Assembly (NCBI GenBank): GCA_002633005.1
Contig: NMRA01000554.1
Location: 124,001-188,000 of the forward strand
From: Phoronis australis
Taxonomy: Eukaryota > Animalia > Phoronida
Direction of reading: 5' to 3'
DNA: 64,000 nucleotides
Below the pieces are notes generated by a model that worked only from the letters and a program-made list of their open reading frames with translations, made no database searches and had not been told where the DNA came from. Position numbers and translations under genes: made by a program. Position 1 is the first letter of the stretch. Each line of letters begins with the position of its first letter. Shown piece after piece: positions 1-13,900 of this stretch.

Positions 1-2312
1 ATTTTTTTAATGTTCCCTTTTTGAGATGTCTGTAGTGGATGTTATCTTTTTGAATTGGAATGTTCTTTTTTCATCTCAAGACCTGAAAGATACCCTCTCT
101 CTCACACTGTTGTGTTTCAATTAATTCAACTTCAATGTTTTTCTGGTGTTTCTGTTAAATAAATCCCCTTTCCACCGTTTTTGTTGGCCTTTGTTTACTT
201 GTTGGCAACAAGGAACCAATAGTAGTTGATGTACTAAGCGCTCTTTTCATTATCTTTACACTGTTATAGTAGACCTAATGAGGTGCCACTTTTGCACCTT
301 CATTTTGATGATTGCCTCTTACCAGGTATATTACTGTAGTGACTCATTTCTAGAATTTCAATGTCGCTACCTTCTGCTGTTTGTTTTTGGCTGATATTTC
401 TTCTTTGTGTATTTTTCCTCAAGTCTCAGTTTGGCTGATACTAGGCTTTTTTGCATTTCCCCAAGTTTTTGCCTTCTCTGTTCTTGGTTTTAGGGTTTGG
501 ATATTTTTTGTATTTTTTTGTTTTGTTCTCTTTGACTTTTCTGTCTGTTATTCAATCCTTTTGTAAGCCTCATGCTCACTCATTTTGCTCGGATGTGTGA
601 GTTAACGTGAACAAACTAAAGTTTTGGAGAGTGCAACAGAGACCAGAACTAACAATGAACTGTACTGTAACAAGCAGAAAACGTGTCACTCGTCAAAACG
701 TTTCCCCACTATTTGGATTTCATACTGGTATTAATTTAATCTGTTAAACATTATGAGCATTAACAAGTCCAAAAGCCTCAACAAAATAATGACAAGGTTA
801 AAATGTGAGATGTTCTACTAGGTAATAGATTGTAAACGTTTTTCCCTAGTTTCAAGCATTTCATCATCCAAATGATATGTCTACTGTTTTATTCTTGGTT
901 CAATGTACTTTTAGGACAACAATTTCAATTTCATTCAAGAGAGTTCATTCAATTTTTTTGTGAAACCGGATGTTTCTGTAGTGTTCGATCTCTTTCTTCA
1001 ACGAGAGTACAAAAACCACTTTTACCCCTTTTATTCCAAATTTACAAATTTTGTGACTAAACATAAAAGTACTTCCATTTAACCAGTGCATGTAGACCGG
1101 CCTGAACAGCAATATTTGCGTGTTTATGTTTTTATGATAGTATCTGTAGAGCAGTGTTATTGTAACAAACATAAGCTAATCAAGTAGCATGATACTTTAT
1201 TCTATAAGGCTATGAAGTGTGTTGCACAGCATTCTGCCCAACAGGTAAGGGAAATAAAGAATATATCGGGATAATTGATAAACCTGACATGTTAGGGCTC
1301 ATTTTATTTGGGGGACGGACACCACAGTGTACCAGGACTGTACAACCAGTCATCATGTGGCCCATTTACTACCAAGGCATAGAAATTTACTATAGTGCCG
1401 TTCCTATGTGAAATTTAGTGCAAGTCAATCCCGTTACTTTTTCCACTAAAATTTTAATCAGATTTTTTGTATGTGGACACAGTTTACACCGTATTCTGAA
1501 TTTCACAAATTTGTCCAAACTAATACCAGGAAATTTTATATATTACTCAATGAAGAGTGGTATAGTACAAATGCCTGCCAATAGGAGCTACAAAAATACT
1601 GGTATTCTGGCAGCAGTCAGTATAAAACCTTGGGGACATGGCTTAAAAATCTCACATGGGGAGGGACACTACAGATTGTTTGTCTCGCGTGACCAAGTAA
1701 AGGATGTCTAATCATGGCGATCTTATACTTCTATTGACCACCTGTAGCTTGTTTTTCATGAACACACCTGTCAAGTATAATGATTTTTGTGATCAATGAA
1801 TCATGTTTTCTCAAAACCGTGGCACAGTGATGGTTTGGACATTTTGCTCAAGAAATAACACAATCTAGAAGCATATCATTATTGACTTTTAAATTACTAT
1901 ATTTCCAATGTAAAATTTTTCTGTATAGGTTTAAAACTGACAAAAAAATTACATGAAATTCTGTTCAATAACCGCCTGTGTTGGAATTGCTTGACATAGC
2001 AAGAAGAAATGTCCTTTGTGAGTGTATAGTTGAGATATTGAATAATGCATCAATGTCATCAAGGCTGAGTTTTTAATGAAATTATCGTGATTACACCAAA
2101 AGTGTGGCAAAAATCCTCCATTCATGGACAGCTCGTTGGTTGGACTACAACGCTAGCGTTTTGCAAACATTTTAGCCAACTGTTAACGTTTTCTCCTCTC
2201 ATGTGACCATAGTATTCAAGTGTCGTCCAGAGTTACTCCTGGAACGACCTGTTGGTAGGTTTGGGCGCTATTTAGATTAGTGCAACTTGTGCAGGGTTGC
2301 TTCACTTCTAAT

Positions 2313-2442
2313 CACTGTGTGGCCGCAGCCTGGAGCAATTGTGGGCTGTGTGCTTGTGCAGTTCGAAACATACACCACACTGTGTAGCTGCAGCCTAGAG
2401 CAATTATGGGCTGTGCGCTTCTGCAGTTCCAAACATACGCCA
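2313..2442. repeat. Two-copy 65-bp imperfect tandem repeat
   Basis: CACTGTGT(G/A)GC(C/T)GCAGCCT(G/A)GAGCAATT...GCAGTTC(G/C)AAACATAC starts at 2313 and 2378. Confidence 0.75.
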
Positions 2443-4922
2443 GTCTTTCTTGTTCATGCTGTATTGGCATTTATATTTTTGTGAAGGTCTGCATGTGCAG
2501 ATCCACCTTGTGGTAGGTATGGATACATTTGTATGGATGCTTTGCTTTAAGTGTATCGAGCCTCCACAAAGTGGCAAGTTGTTTTAGGGTAGGTCTGGGT
2601 GTAGATGAGACTTGAGACTTGTTATGATATGCTGGCAGGCTTGCCTTCCAGGCTTATATTTGCTGTCATAAACCAACATTCTATGCTTTGTCATGGCATT
2701 TCACATCTCAGTAAACTTTCTCACAGTGCATTTTGAAATGGGGCATATCCCATATTTTTTCCTGGTACCCTAAGCTGTAATAAAACTGTCAAAACACAAC
2801 ATATTTGTTTTGACTACCACAGATATATCTTGTTTTCCAATGAATTGCCAAAGGTTACTTTTGTTTGTAAGTTGAAGGTCCTTAGGCATTGGGTTCATCT
2901 AGTTTCTCATAAATCTCAATAATGCAATGTTTATGGCCATCATTAAACATCCTGGTCAACAGTTCTATTGGGATCTGAAGTCAATGCAAAGGCGTTGCTC
3001 AGATACAGTTGTCTTTGTTGTCAATTGAGTATTCAATGAGGGCCTACACCTTCAAAATGTAGCAAAACCTAGCTCTCATATAATCTATATCTCAAACTTC
3101 AACTTAACTAGAGAATGGTAATAAGTATGATTGTAATGGAGAATTTATGTTTTCTCCCAAACATTAATAACCACTGACTATTTTAGTTGGTTGTCTGTAC
3201 AAAGATTTGTGTTCTCAGCAAAATGCTCATAACTTCACAAACATCATTAACTAATCTGGCCGCGTGTGAGACTTCAACTAAATTTCAAGAAACAAGCTGA
3301 ATCCACTATTCATCAAAAATATTAAGGGACCGTTTACAACTATGCTATCATTATTTTCGCAAGTACGCAAAATGTATGCATTGGCAAGGGAGGGGGTTTT
3401 GGCTTGCTGCCGGTAGGTCATAAAAATGGTGCTGCGAAAAAGACAAAGTTCAGCAATTTATTTTTTGCTTTGTTTCATTGTTAAAAATATCAGGAAACAA
3501 CCAACAGCATTCATGTCACCATGACTCTTTGGCAAGCACATCCTGGCACTTTCGTAATGGCTGATGTATTCAAAGAAGTCCTGGGGCCCGTTCCAAGAAA
3601 ATGATTTAAGTTCATTTTTTACTGAAGTCTTAGATTTATAACCATACAAACAGTTTTATATCTATTTGGGGGGAAGGAAAAATGTGAGTTTAGTGCACTC
3701 GTGGAAACGGCGGTAATTGTGAAGCGTCCCTTAAGTACATAGTGTGATGTAGTATTGAATTGTAGCTGGTTGTGATTTTTATTAATTTTCTCCAACATTT
3801 TCTTCCTCTGATTTAGTGCGACGATAACAAATGACAAGTCAAAAAATTACGTCTTGTATCCCCTTGTAAAATATATCGCTCCCAGTTTATGGCCCATACA
3901 AACCCTCAATTATACTAAATATCCTGTCACAAACACATAACTCTTTATATGGACCACTCATTTCCTGTACTCTGTCAATACCTTTATACAAACCCAATCA
4001 AAGACCTCTTTCTGACAGACACATGACCATTCTTTAGTCAGCTCTATAGCTGGTCTGTGGCCCATTCTCAGGGATGTTATTTCTGATTAGGAAACCATTT
4101 GTTACAACAGCTGACTGGCCCATTAGATACGCATTTCCTTTTTATCAATGAAATTATGAGCAGAGAGCAGTCTATGTTATTTTTTGCTACACTTGTGTCT
4201 TTTCTTTCTCAAGTGTCAGTTTTCCATGTGCGCCTGGCCTGGCTGGCTCTAATCAAGGGTTTTATTCCTCTCAAAGCAGGATGGCTAGGAAATGTCAGTT
4301 CTGTTTTGTATTTCTGGCAGAAAACAACATTGACTGTTGTAGATATGATACTCAGATGAAAATATTAAACTTTCACTGTCACTGAAAAGAAAGTTTACTG
4401 TGAGTGTCAGTAATTTTTCAAATTGTTGGTGTTTGGAACTCTGTAGAAAGTAAGGCTGGACCAAAATTTCATAAAGCACTTACAGTAAAATCTCACCAAT
4501 TCACTACACAATGTGGCAGGTACATGATATTTTTAATTTTGTTTTCGTAAAAGATAAGTACCACCGAATTATTGCTTCTCTTTGTTCAAGTTTTTTACCA
4601 CAGCTGTCATCCGACAAATCTTGAAAAACTGGGCATTCGTAACAATGTTTAAAGACCTTGAAAAACCAAAAAGGTTAATTTTGACAATAAATTTTTGTCT
4701 GAAAATGTTCATAATTCACTGTATTTTGATTTAAGTCAACATCCCCCATCTCCAGTGACAATTCTAATAGCATCTCAGTAACTTTTAAACTCTGAATTAT
4801 TAAGGATATAAAATTCAAATCTTGTTATGAAAAAAAATTGGCTAAGTGTTATCAAGTTTCTTACACAGTCACCACTAACATGATTTCAATATGCAAAATG
4901 TGAAGATTTTTAAAACTTTCAG

Positions 4923-7900
4923 GTGAGTGGCATTGTGGGTCGAGCTGACGTGCTGTGCTGCGTGATATATCTGGCGTCCTTCTTGTCCTATCACAGGTAA
5001 TGGCCATTTCTGGGCAACAAGTACACTCATATACAGAACTCCATCTTGTGCAAATACGTACATGTAAAATCTACATGTATTTTCCATGCCTATACAAACA
5101 AGATAAAGGATGAACCTGCTTGGGGCTATGTTGGTAAACAGTAATGACAGCTATGTTTGTAGTTATATGGCCTTAAATTGCTGAAGTATGGAGATACGCC
5201 TATCACCATGCCAAGACTAAATCCATATCCAAGGTTTTTTAAAACCTTGGATATGCAGTTAAAACTGCATCAGGGCAAAACAGTATATTTGTAATTTTAA
5301 TTATAAAGATTCATTTGTTTTTTATGAGATTTTTGAATTTTGAAGGCAATCTTCTTAGCAAGACATGCGCACACCCAGCCTAAAAAATTGGGGGAGAATG
5401 TAGACCATTTACTTTAAAAAACGGGTATGTTCAGAGCTATGAATTGTGCATTCGCCGAATTCTTGCCTTTTTAGTGGACTTTTGTCTCGTTTTCTACTTT
5501 TTCGGACTTTTTGTTTCTCTGAGGACCTTTTTAAGTTGCTCACTTCGCTAAATGGGGGCTCATTTGAGCCCTCCGAGCCCCCCTCCGGGTGCGCCCATGC
5601 AAGAGTTTTGATTTCAATTGTCTGCTGAGAGTTGCTTAGTCCTTAGTAAAACTGTTATGAAACGGTGCAGCACAGGTGAAATGTGGACAATATCGGAAGT
5701 GCTGAGCACACTGGTCGTTAATTAGACACAGTTACTCCTTGAACAACTTGTCACTATAAAAATTAATTACAGGTGGTCTGGTACCTGATGTGCACAGGTG
5801 GACATTCAGGTGGGCCATTGCACTCAGATCACCTAGAACCATTTTTACATTTTATATTGTTAAAACTGAGCTGACGATCTCATGGAGACCTGAATCTAGG
5901 GTCTAGTGGTGTGTCCAAGTGGGACCCGATCGCTTGACCTTGAGTAAAGGAAGCAAACACTTATCCCACTAGGGGGCATTGTCTCCTCTATCAGGTTCAA
6001 AAGTAGCGTGGAATGTTGGGCAACTTGACTGACACATTTGTGACCACTTACTCCACCTTATCAAGGTAGGGTAACTTATTCTAGGGTAACTTATGTCCCA
6101 GTGCTAGCCGTAGTGTTGATTCAAACACTGCTGTCTATGCGAAAGCAATTACCGGTACCAGCTTTGCACTTAGATTTGTTGGCCGGGCAAGCAAAATATG
6201 ATTTGTGCTTTGTGGTAGGTAATAGTATGAGTGATGTTTTAATGCTCTTGATGTATCTATGACATCTTGTCTATGCCAGGAGTTTGGACACAAGGTGGCG
6301 GGCTGACTTCCCCACAACACAGTGCATTCCTCTATTGGTGCTCAGCTTGCTAACTGGAGCGGCGGCTATGTTGGTTAAAGAACAAGGCATCACTGTGCTT
6401 GGTGTTTGTCTACTATATGACGTGTTTATTGTGTGCCAAAGAGGGATTATCAGGTACAAAATGACAATGCTAAACTTGGTCGCACTGACAGTTGACTAAA
6501 AGCCGCAGTTGTGCATCATTTCATTTAAAAAAACAAGGAATACACGCATTGGTTTCAGCTTAACATTACCATTACTTTTTCATCTGTTGCAAGTCATTAA
6601 ACTTCTCAATGAAAATAATATTTTATCTGATGAGGAGGGAAGCTAGCCTTGTTTTGTTTGCACGACAATCTGTTTTTGAACTTAAAGCTCTGAGTTTACG
6701 GCAAATCCAAGAAAGTTGATCCAACAATTTCGGGATAGCTGGTTCAGACATTGGGTCCCTTTTTATGCGCCCACATATTTATATGTGGACGCGTTATGCT
6801 GTCATATCCGTCCGGGCGGCGTCCGTCCAGCGTCCGCTGCTTTATCTCCAAAACCCTTTGACATACGTTCATGAAATTTGGCACATGTGTTCCATTCATG
6901 AATGGGACGGCATGTGCGAACTTTCGGACGGATCCGACTACCGGTGTGCCACCTAGTGGCAATTTTAATTTTTTACGCTTACCTTTGTATCTTCAAAAGT
7001 CCTGAATGGATTTTCATGAAATTTGGTATGTAGGCACCTATTAGTGAGATGACGCTATCCTCCCGTTTTCAGATGGACTCAACATAGTTTGCGCCACCTA
7101 GTGGCCATTTTTACTGTTTTCGAGTCCGTATTTTTGCGTCCACCCCTCTCTCAACCACACTGCTCAAAGGATGATTGTGAAAATTGGCATGTTTGTGCTT
7201 ACTATAAAGAGGACAGCTGACAATGATTTTCAAATGATCTGGACTACTGTGGCGCCTCCTAGTGGCAGTTTTGTTTTTTTTTGCGCCTATGGCTGTACTT
7301 CCTAAACCGTTCGCAGGATCTTTACGAAATTTGATTAGTGTATTTATATGATGTTAACAACAGACGATGACGACTTTTGGACGGATCCGCCTACCAGTGT
7401 GCACCCTAGTGGCAATTTTTTTTACGTTTACCTCTGTATCTTCACAAGTCCATAACGGATTTTCATGAAATTTGGTATGTAGGCACCTATTAGTGCGATG
7501 ACGCTATCCTCCCGTTTTCGGATGGATTCGACCTAGTTTGCGACACCCAGTGGCCATTTTTACTGTTTTTGAGTCTGTTTTTTGGCGTCCACCCCTCTAT
7601 CAACCAAACCGCTCTAAGTATGATTGTGAAAATTGGCATGTATGTTCTTACTATGAAGAGGACGGTTGACGCTGAATTTCCCATGACTTTGATTACTGTG
7701 GCGCCTCCTAGTGGCAGTTTTTTTTTTTTGCGCCCATGGCTGTATCTCCCAAACCGTTTGCAGGATCTTTACTAAATTTAGCAAGTGTATTTATGTGATG
7801 TTGACAACGGACGATGACGACTTTAGGATGATTCTGACTACCGGTATGCCTCTAGTGGCAATTTTAGTATTTTACATTGACCTCTGTATTTTCATAGGTC

Positions 7901-10900
7901 TTCAGGTGTATACTTTGTGTTACTTCGTGACTATGAAGGAAAAGTTCCAAGTAGAAATTTGTTTCTGGCATTCTAATGCTGTGCTAATCTCGTATGTTGG
8001 TAAATTTGTTTTTAATTCTATGTTTCTGTGGTGCTTTAAGCAACTGATGTATAGGATGTGCTTGTATTATGAAGATCACTCACATTTTGCCCCTAGCCTA
8101 TTGAGGAGACAATGACCATGCCTTTCCATTTTGCAAAGTACAACATACTACATATATGCCTTCTACTGGCCACTTTATGGTACCAATAAACAACCCTAGA
8201 AGGATACCGTATACGGTGCAATTGTGGGTGCATTTCAACGCTCTGCGTTGCTCTTGTTTGTCCTTGAAGGCAAGTATGTTTTTCAGTCATTTTACAAAAG
8301 TTTTACTTGTATAGTTTTGTACCAAATTATTTTGCACAATGATAAGGACAATGTGTGGACCCAGCTACGTCAGGCATAACCACAAATCGTAAGTGTTGGC
8401 AGCTAGAAGTAATGCACATGTTTTTAAGTAAGGCTATGCCTGGGATCTTTTGTGTTCACCAAGTTCCTAGCAAGAAAAGCTAGATCATGCGTGTGAAAGG
8501 CGAGTGTTTGGCAGGTATGCTCGAGATCTCTCTCGTGTTACCTAGCAGAATGGCTGCCACAAAAGAAATTGGTCGGTGAAGTTGTAATGATGAATTGTGG
8601 GATTGAATTCATATTAAATGCATGGCTAATGTCTTTGGTCTACAGTGCCGTTTACACTATTAAAGTTGGCACTGATCAGCTGACACGGAACGAGATGTTC
8701 TAGTGCAAGTATGTGTGTAAACAAGACTGACCTGGAGCAAATTGACATCGCGGTGACAACTTTTGCGCCCCGTTTGTGAGGTAGAGCAATTTGCGCTCTA
8801 TCATCTTGCTCCATGTCAATAATATGTCTAAATGCGAGACTGAGGCAAGGCAGAAAGGATCATCTCTACTGTGCTTGTGCAATGACCTACATAAGGTTTC
8901 TCTGTCTCTGCAACTTCTGCCACTTTGTAAACCTGCACATGTGCGTTCCACTGTCCAGCCTACAACTTCCATCTTGATACTGTTAGTTAGTTGTGTGTGT
9001 GAACAGCGGCTTGACACCAATCAGTTGATACCTAAATGGGACTTATTGAACCCAGCCCTCATATCTCGTGTCTTAGAAGTGGGCTCTATTTCTATACAAG
9101 CTAAAGTATTGCTTAAACGATATTTATTTGTCCTTGCTTCAGTCTAGGACCCAGTTTTCTGTTGCCTGGTTATTTTAGTGTTATTAACTTGCTGATAGGT
9201 TTGGTAAATGTGGATAACTACAATACTTCTTGTTTTGTCTTTGCTGTCTTTTACTAGGACATACAACATGAAATATCTTGATGCAACCTGCCGCCCATTG
9301 CTGACCAGAATAGGTGTTACTTTGTTAGTGGTAAGTGTTTACATAAAGGTAGACCCGTAACTGTTGCATAAAGGTAGACCAGTAGCCCAGCAAATGCCCA
9401 GATTTTTAAGGTTATGTAAGACCTTAATGACAAGTCTGTGCGTTTAGTCTCATATCTACAATCTATAGACTTAATAAAAGTATATATTTTTTGAAAGTTA
9501 ACAGCCTGTAGAATGTGTTCTTTGAATGTCTACCAATCTGCCGTGAATTGGGTAGTGTGAGCATTTCTTTTCTAGTAGTATTTAGGTAAAAAAGTAAAAT
9601 ACATTAATAGCAAAACGACATTATCAATAACAAGGATTAAAGTTTAGTTTATATAAATGTTTAAGATGAGATCTAAAACAGTTTTCTGCGTCATTCTGTC
9701 TTCGGTTTATGCAGCTTTACAGATTTTTTTCTTAAACTTCTTATTTTTTAGCTCCTCTGTGCAGAAGTAGAACATTTTAAAACAATTCCAGGCGAACAAT
9801 GCATAAAGCATAGTTTCTGTAAGTTTCATGTATGATCAGCCATTTCTGAGATATTGTTTTCCAAGGCTAGCCAGATTTAGACCTTTTTCTAGGGCCCTAC
9901 ATAACCATAAAATTATTTATGTTTTATTATTCATTTCACAGCTAACTGGGTCTCTGCTGTTCCGTCTTTGGATGCTGAATGGACAGTTGCCAGTGTTTTC
10001 CAGCCAAGACAATCCTGCGTCATTCCACAGTAGTCTTCAGACAAGGTAAAGCTAGAAATATGCTCTTGTGTATTTTTAGAATACTATATAATGTGATTGT
10101 GCAGATACTATGCAATTCTCTACTACAATACAATAATACAATAAAACATTAAAATATGTCATACATGGCCACTGGAAGCAGTCCGGTAGGCTGCTAGGCT
10201 AATATTGTCTGTAAAGTATGTCAAAAACATATTTTGAGGCCTCTAGAATGCATCAAATAACACTTGAATTCTCAAAAATTTCTGGGGTGAGGCCCACAGA
10301 CCCCCTTTCCTACAGGAAAGAGTAGCCCTCCTGTACATTTGGTGACCCAATATGAACATGCTTCCGACGCCACTGTAATACAATTCACTTGCGCAACACA
10401 CTTTCTACAAAACCAAGCAAAGATACAATACACTTACAACTGACAGTTTAGTGCAATACAATTCAGAGCACTGCGATGTAAAACAATGAAAATGAAATGC
10501 ATTGTAAAAATACAGCACTCTCACTCTGTAAAAATGCTTATGAAAACTGTTTTAGAGTAAAAAAATTACAATAAACGTGTGGGTAATTTTAAATTGTGTC
10601 CCTGAAATGGCATAAATTATATGTCTGAAATCTCAGCTTACACTGAAAGGCATTACTACCTTCATATTGTCTCAAGTTTACATGCGACACTACTTACATG
10701 TTCTTGATCAATATCTTCAACTAAACATAGCCTACATACACTCCACAATAACATCTAGTCAACCAGCTTTTACTACTAACTGGTAAATAGTGAGAATTGA
10801 GTTTAACCTCAGTTTTAGGTGTATAACTGGATCTTAAAGTATTCTCACCACATGTACTCAAATACAGCCAAGCATAAACTTGATTGACCCTTCCAGATAG

Positions 10901-13900
10901 TCCAGTTTAGCTGCATATACAGTTGAACGCTGACCTCAGGTCAGTTGGGGAATTTCTCAACCACTGCAAACATGTCTTGCCTAATTATTTTCTCCAGACT
11001 TCAAAAGATCCGAAGACTGTCTCTCATTGCAGGTTACTGGCCATTCGTTAATAACATCAAACTGTTACAAACAATGAATTATTATCCTCAACAGAAACAG
11101 GAAAGGAAGATCGGACCTTTTGTTTCTGTTTTAAGAGGAATTTGTTGGAGATAAGTTAAAAAATACTGGTTTTGGCCCACTTGACACATTATTTGTTGCC
11201 TTACAGCTTAAATATGTAAACTGATGGTAAAGTTATTTTTTACCTTCCAATCTGTTCTTGTTTTTTGTCCATTTGTGTTAATTCATCAATTTGGGACAAA
11301 AATCACTGTCGAAAGTACCACCTCCCTACTGATGCTCAAAATTTTACTTAATTGTTTGATGACAATTTACCATATATACCATGGTGAAAGCTAAGTAAAA
11401 TTCCCTGAAATTTTAAGTAAAGTTGTTGAGAATAACAAAAAATGGAAATTTCACATGTGCAGCGTACTATGTTCAAATAAAAGTTTTTGCAATACGTTCC
11501 ACCCCTTAGCACAAGCACATTTAGTTTTTCTCATCTTCCCTAACTTGCCATACTCGGCCTATCAGTACAGCATTCTTTAGTATGCCTCTACATAGAGTAG
11601 GGCACGTGCTCCGTTCCACTCACTTTCTGCCCGGCACTTTGATGGATATTTTCACCTCTAACTTTACTAACCTAAATAGCTCTGACTTCACAAACCTACC
11701 GTATAAAATATATTGAGGTACATAGGCGGATTTAGGGGGGGGNAAGTGTCAAATTCGGAACACGGCTCAATCGTAACAAAACTATGGCTAACTACGGCTC
11801 TCCCCCTCGATATCCCAGGCGACCGGCAGTGGCTCTGCGTGCTACGACTCCGTTTCCGTTGTCTGCTTCACTGTGCAATGAAGAAAATGGAATCTGAGTG
11901 ATGATGAAAAAACAGAAGCTGCTGGTAAGATGTGAATTTTAATCGAAGCCTCAGTGAATTACTCAGAAACTCATAATTATCTCTTTGTCAAACCTTAACT
12001 TAGGATGATTTCCAAAGCAATGGTGTCATTAGTGCCAACACAAAAAACGGATTTGGTCTTTTGGGCAATTGAAGACTATTTTAAATACAACAAATTTGTT
12101 ACGAACTGATTGCACAAAGTATAAAAAGTGTAATAAGCATTACAAAAAGAAGAAAGGTTTCGCACGCAAACGCTGTGGACCATAAACAAGTAGGTCTCTT
12201 ATCATCAAATTTTGAGTGAAGTCATGGTGGTGTAGTGGCTCATTCTGCCAGGTCGTGAGTTCGAGTCTGTGATAATTGTTGTTTCATGTTTGACACGTTT
12301 GCCGTGTTCTTTTTTCTTTTTCTTTTTCTTTGCCTTTTTTCTTGGATAATACTTCAGGAATCAAGGAAAATGCTTGATTTTTTGATGAAAAAACAGAAAA
12401 ATTTTCCTGGGTGGGAGGGGGGCGAACCCCCTTACTACCTCCCCCCATTCGGTGCCATGCGCATCTAATCGTGCTTTGCACAAATGTTTTCAGACATCAT
12501 GTTGGGCCCCCCCCTTGTGATATCCTAGATCCGCCACTGAGTTATCATGTTCAACTCCACTTTATTTGCCTTGGGTCTGTCCCTGTCTCAGTAGGAAGCC
12601 AAATACTGATCAGCTGTTGATCAACACTCTTGAAAACTATATATCTCTTTACTGTAACAAGACGTTGTGCAGTGCAATGTTTGATATCTATTAAAAGATG
12701 TGATTTTATTGTTTTCAGTATTTTTTGCTTTGCTTAGAAACAAAAAAATGTTAGATGACAAAGGGTATGACTCTGCTTTCTGTCGTTAGTGGTAACTGTC
12801 ATTGTTAGAGTCCAGAAATTTCACCTATTGAGAAATGCGATTTATTATCCTTATTTATAAATTTGTGACTGCTTTTGCACTAATCAAAATCCCTTTAATT
12901 TCTTCCTCAGAATTAGAATGCATTTCTTCCTTTTTTGCTTTACACAATAGTAATATCAACAGGCAGGCTGGTAAAACATTTTTCTAAGTGGTCCACTGAT
13001 TTAAAAAAGGAGACTTATTTCGCGCCTCATGTCACTCAGTAGTTTTCAAACTGAATTTTGGAACATTAGCGGTCACCGATCCTTCTCTCCTGAGTTAATT
13101 AGAAGTCAACAAGTCTCTGGATGCTACCAATAAAACGATGGTTTACTTGTAAATTGCTTGCATTCATTCTTGTAATCTTATGAAATACGATTTTTACAAG
13201 TGGCAGCCAAGTAGATGAAAAGTTTGTATTTACAATGTTCTGATATAACAAATCCGGCTCTTTTTTATTTACAACCCCCTTGTGAATATCAAGTGTTCTT
13301 CTAGCCAAAGAAACATTTGTAACTTTACTCTCACTCTGTCAGCAATGATTGATAGACAAGACTGATGATTCTTAAATGTTTCTCCCTCACCTTCAACACC
13401 TGGGGTTAACTGTAATCGTTTTGACATTTAGATTCCCATCATGTTCTAGAATTGCCGCAGCTTAATGTGGACATGAGTGTCCCGGTCCACAAGGCCAGCA
13501 CTTTTGCCAGTTGCAAAAAAATGTCAGTGGTGTGAACAGTTGCACGTGTCACTTTTGGTGCTTGAGCTTCCCCATGACTGCTGGCGTTTTTCACTTGCAC
13601 TTACCGGTATGTTAGACTGAACACTGTAGTGAGTGAATGCGCTTTAACGTCAATTTTTGCTTTAAAATGGTTCAGGCGGTGAGGAAACTAACTTCTGTCG
13701 AAAATTACCTCTTGCGAGCAGCACATCTGTCTGACCAAAACGCTGGTGCTTTAATGCTTCAGAAATAATGCTAGCTATTCATTTGAACCTAGTTGATTAC
13801 ATAATTGTTGAAATCTAATCTTATTTTCCCTCATTTGGGCTGAAGCAGTAATGGTTTGTAATAAACTGACTAAATTTAAGTTCAATTTCTAAATGCAACT

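Noticed and set aside
1-4900. Possible upstream TMTC1 exons and the hydrophobic ORF at 381-566
   Set aside because: No exon encoding the expected YRP or HPxHTEA motifs was found. The 381-566 ORF is T-rich low-complexity sequence. The N-terminal exons probably lie before the window.
6900-7900. Regularly spaced short repeats resembling a CRISPR array
   Set aside because: Eukaryotic context, the ~130-bp intervals are homologous to each other, and there are no cas genes. These are transposon core repeats.
12221-12270. tRNA-like sequence GGTGGTGTAGTGG...GAGTTCGAGTC
   Set aside because: A- and B-box-like motifs are only about 20 nt apart and there is no anticodon arm or acceptor stem. At most a SINE head remnant, not a tRNA gene.
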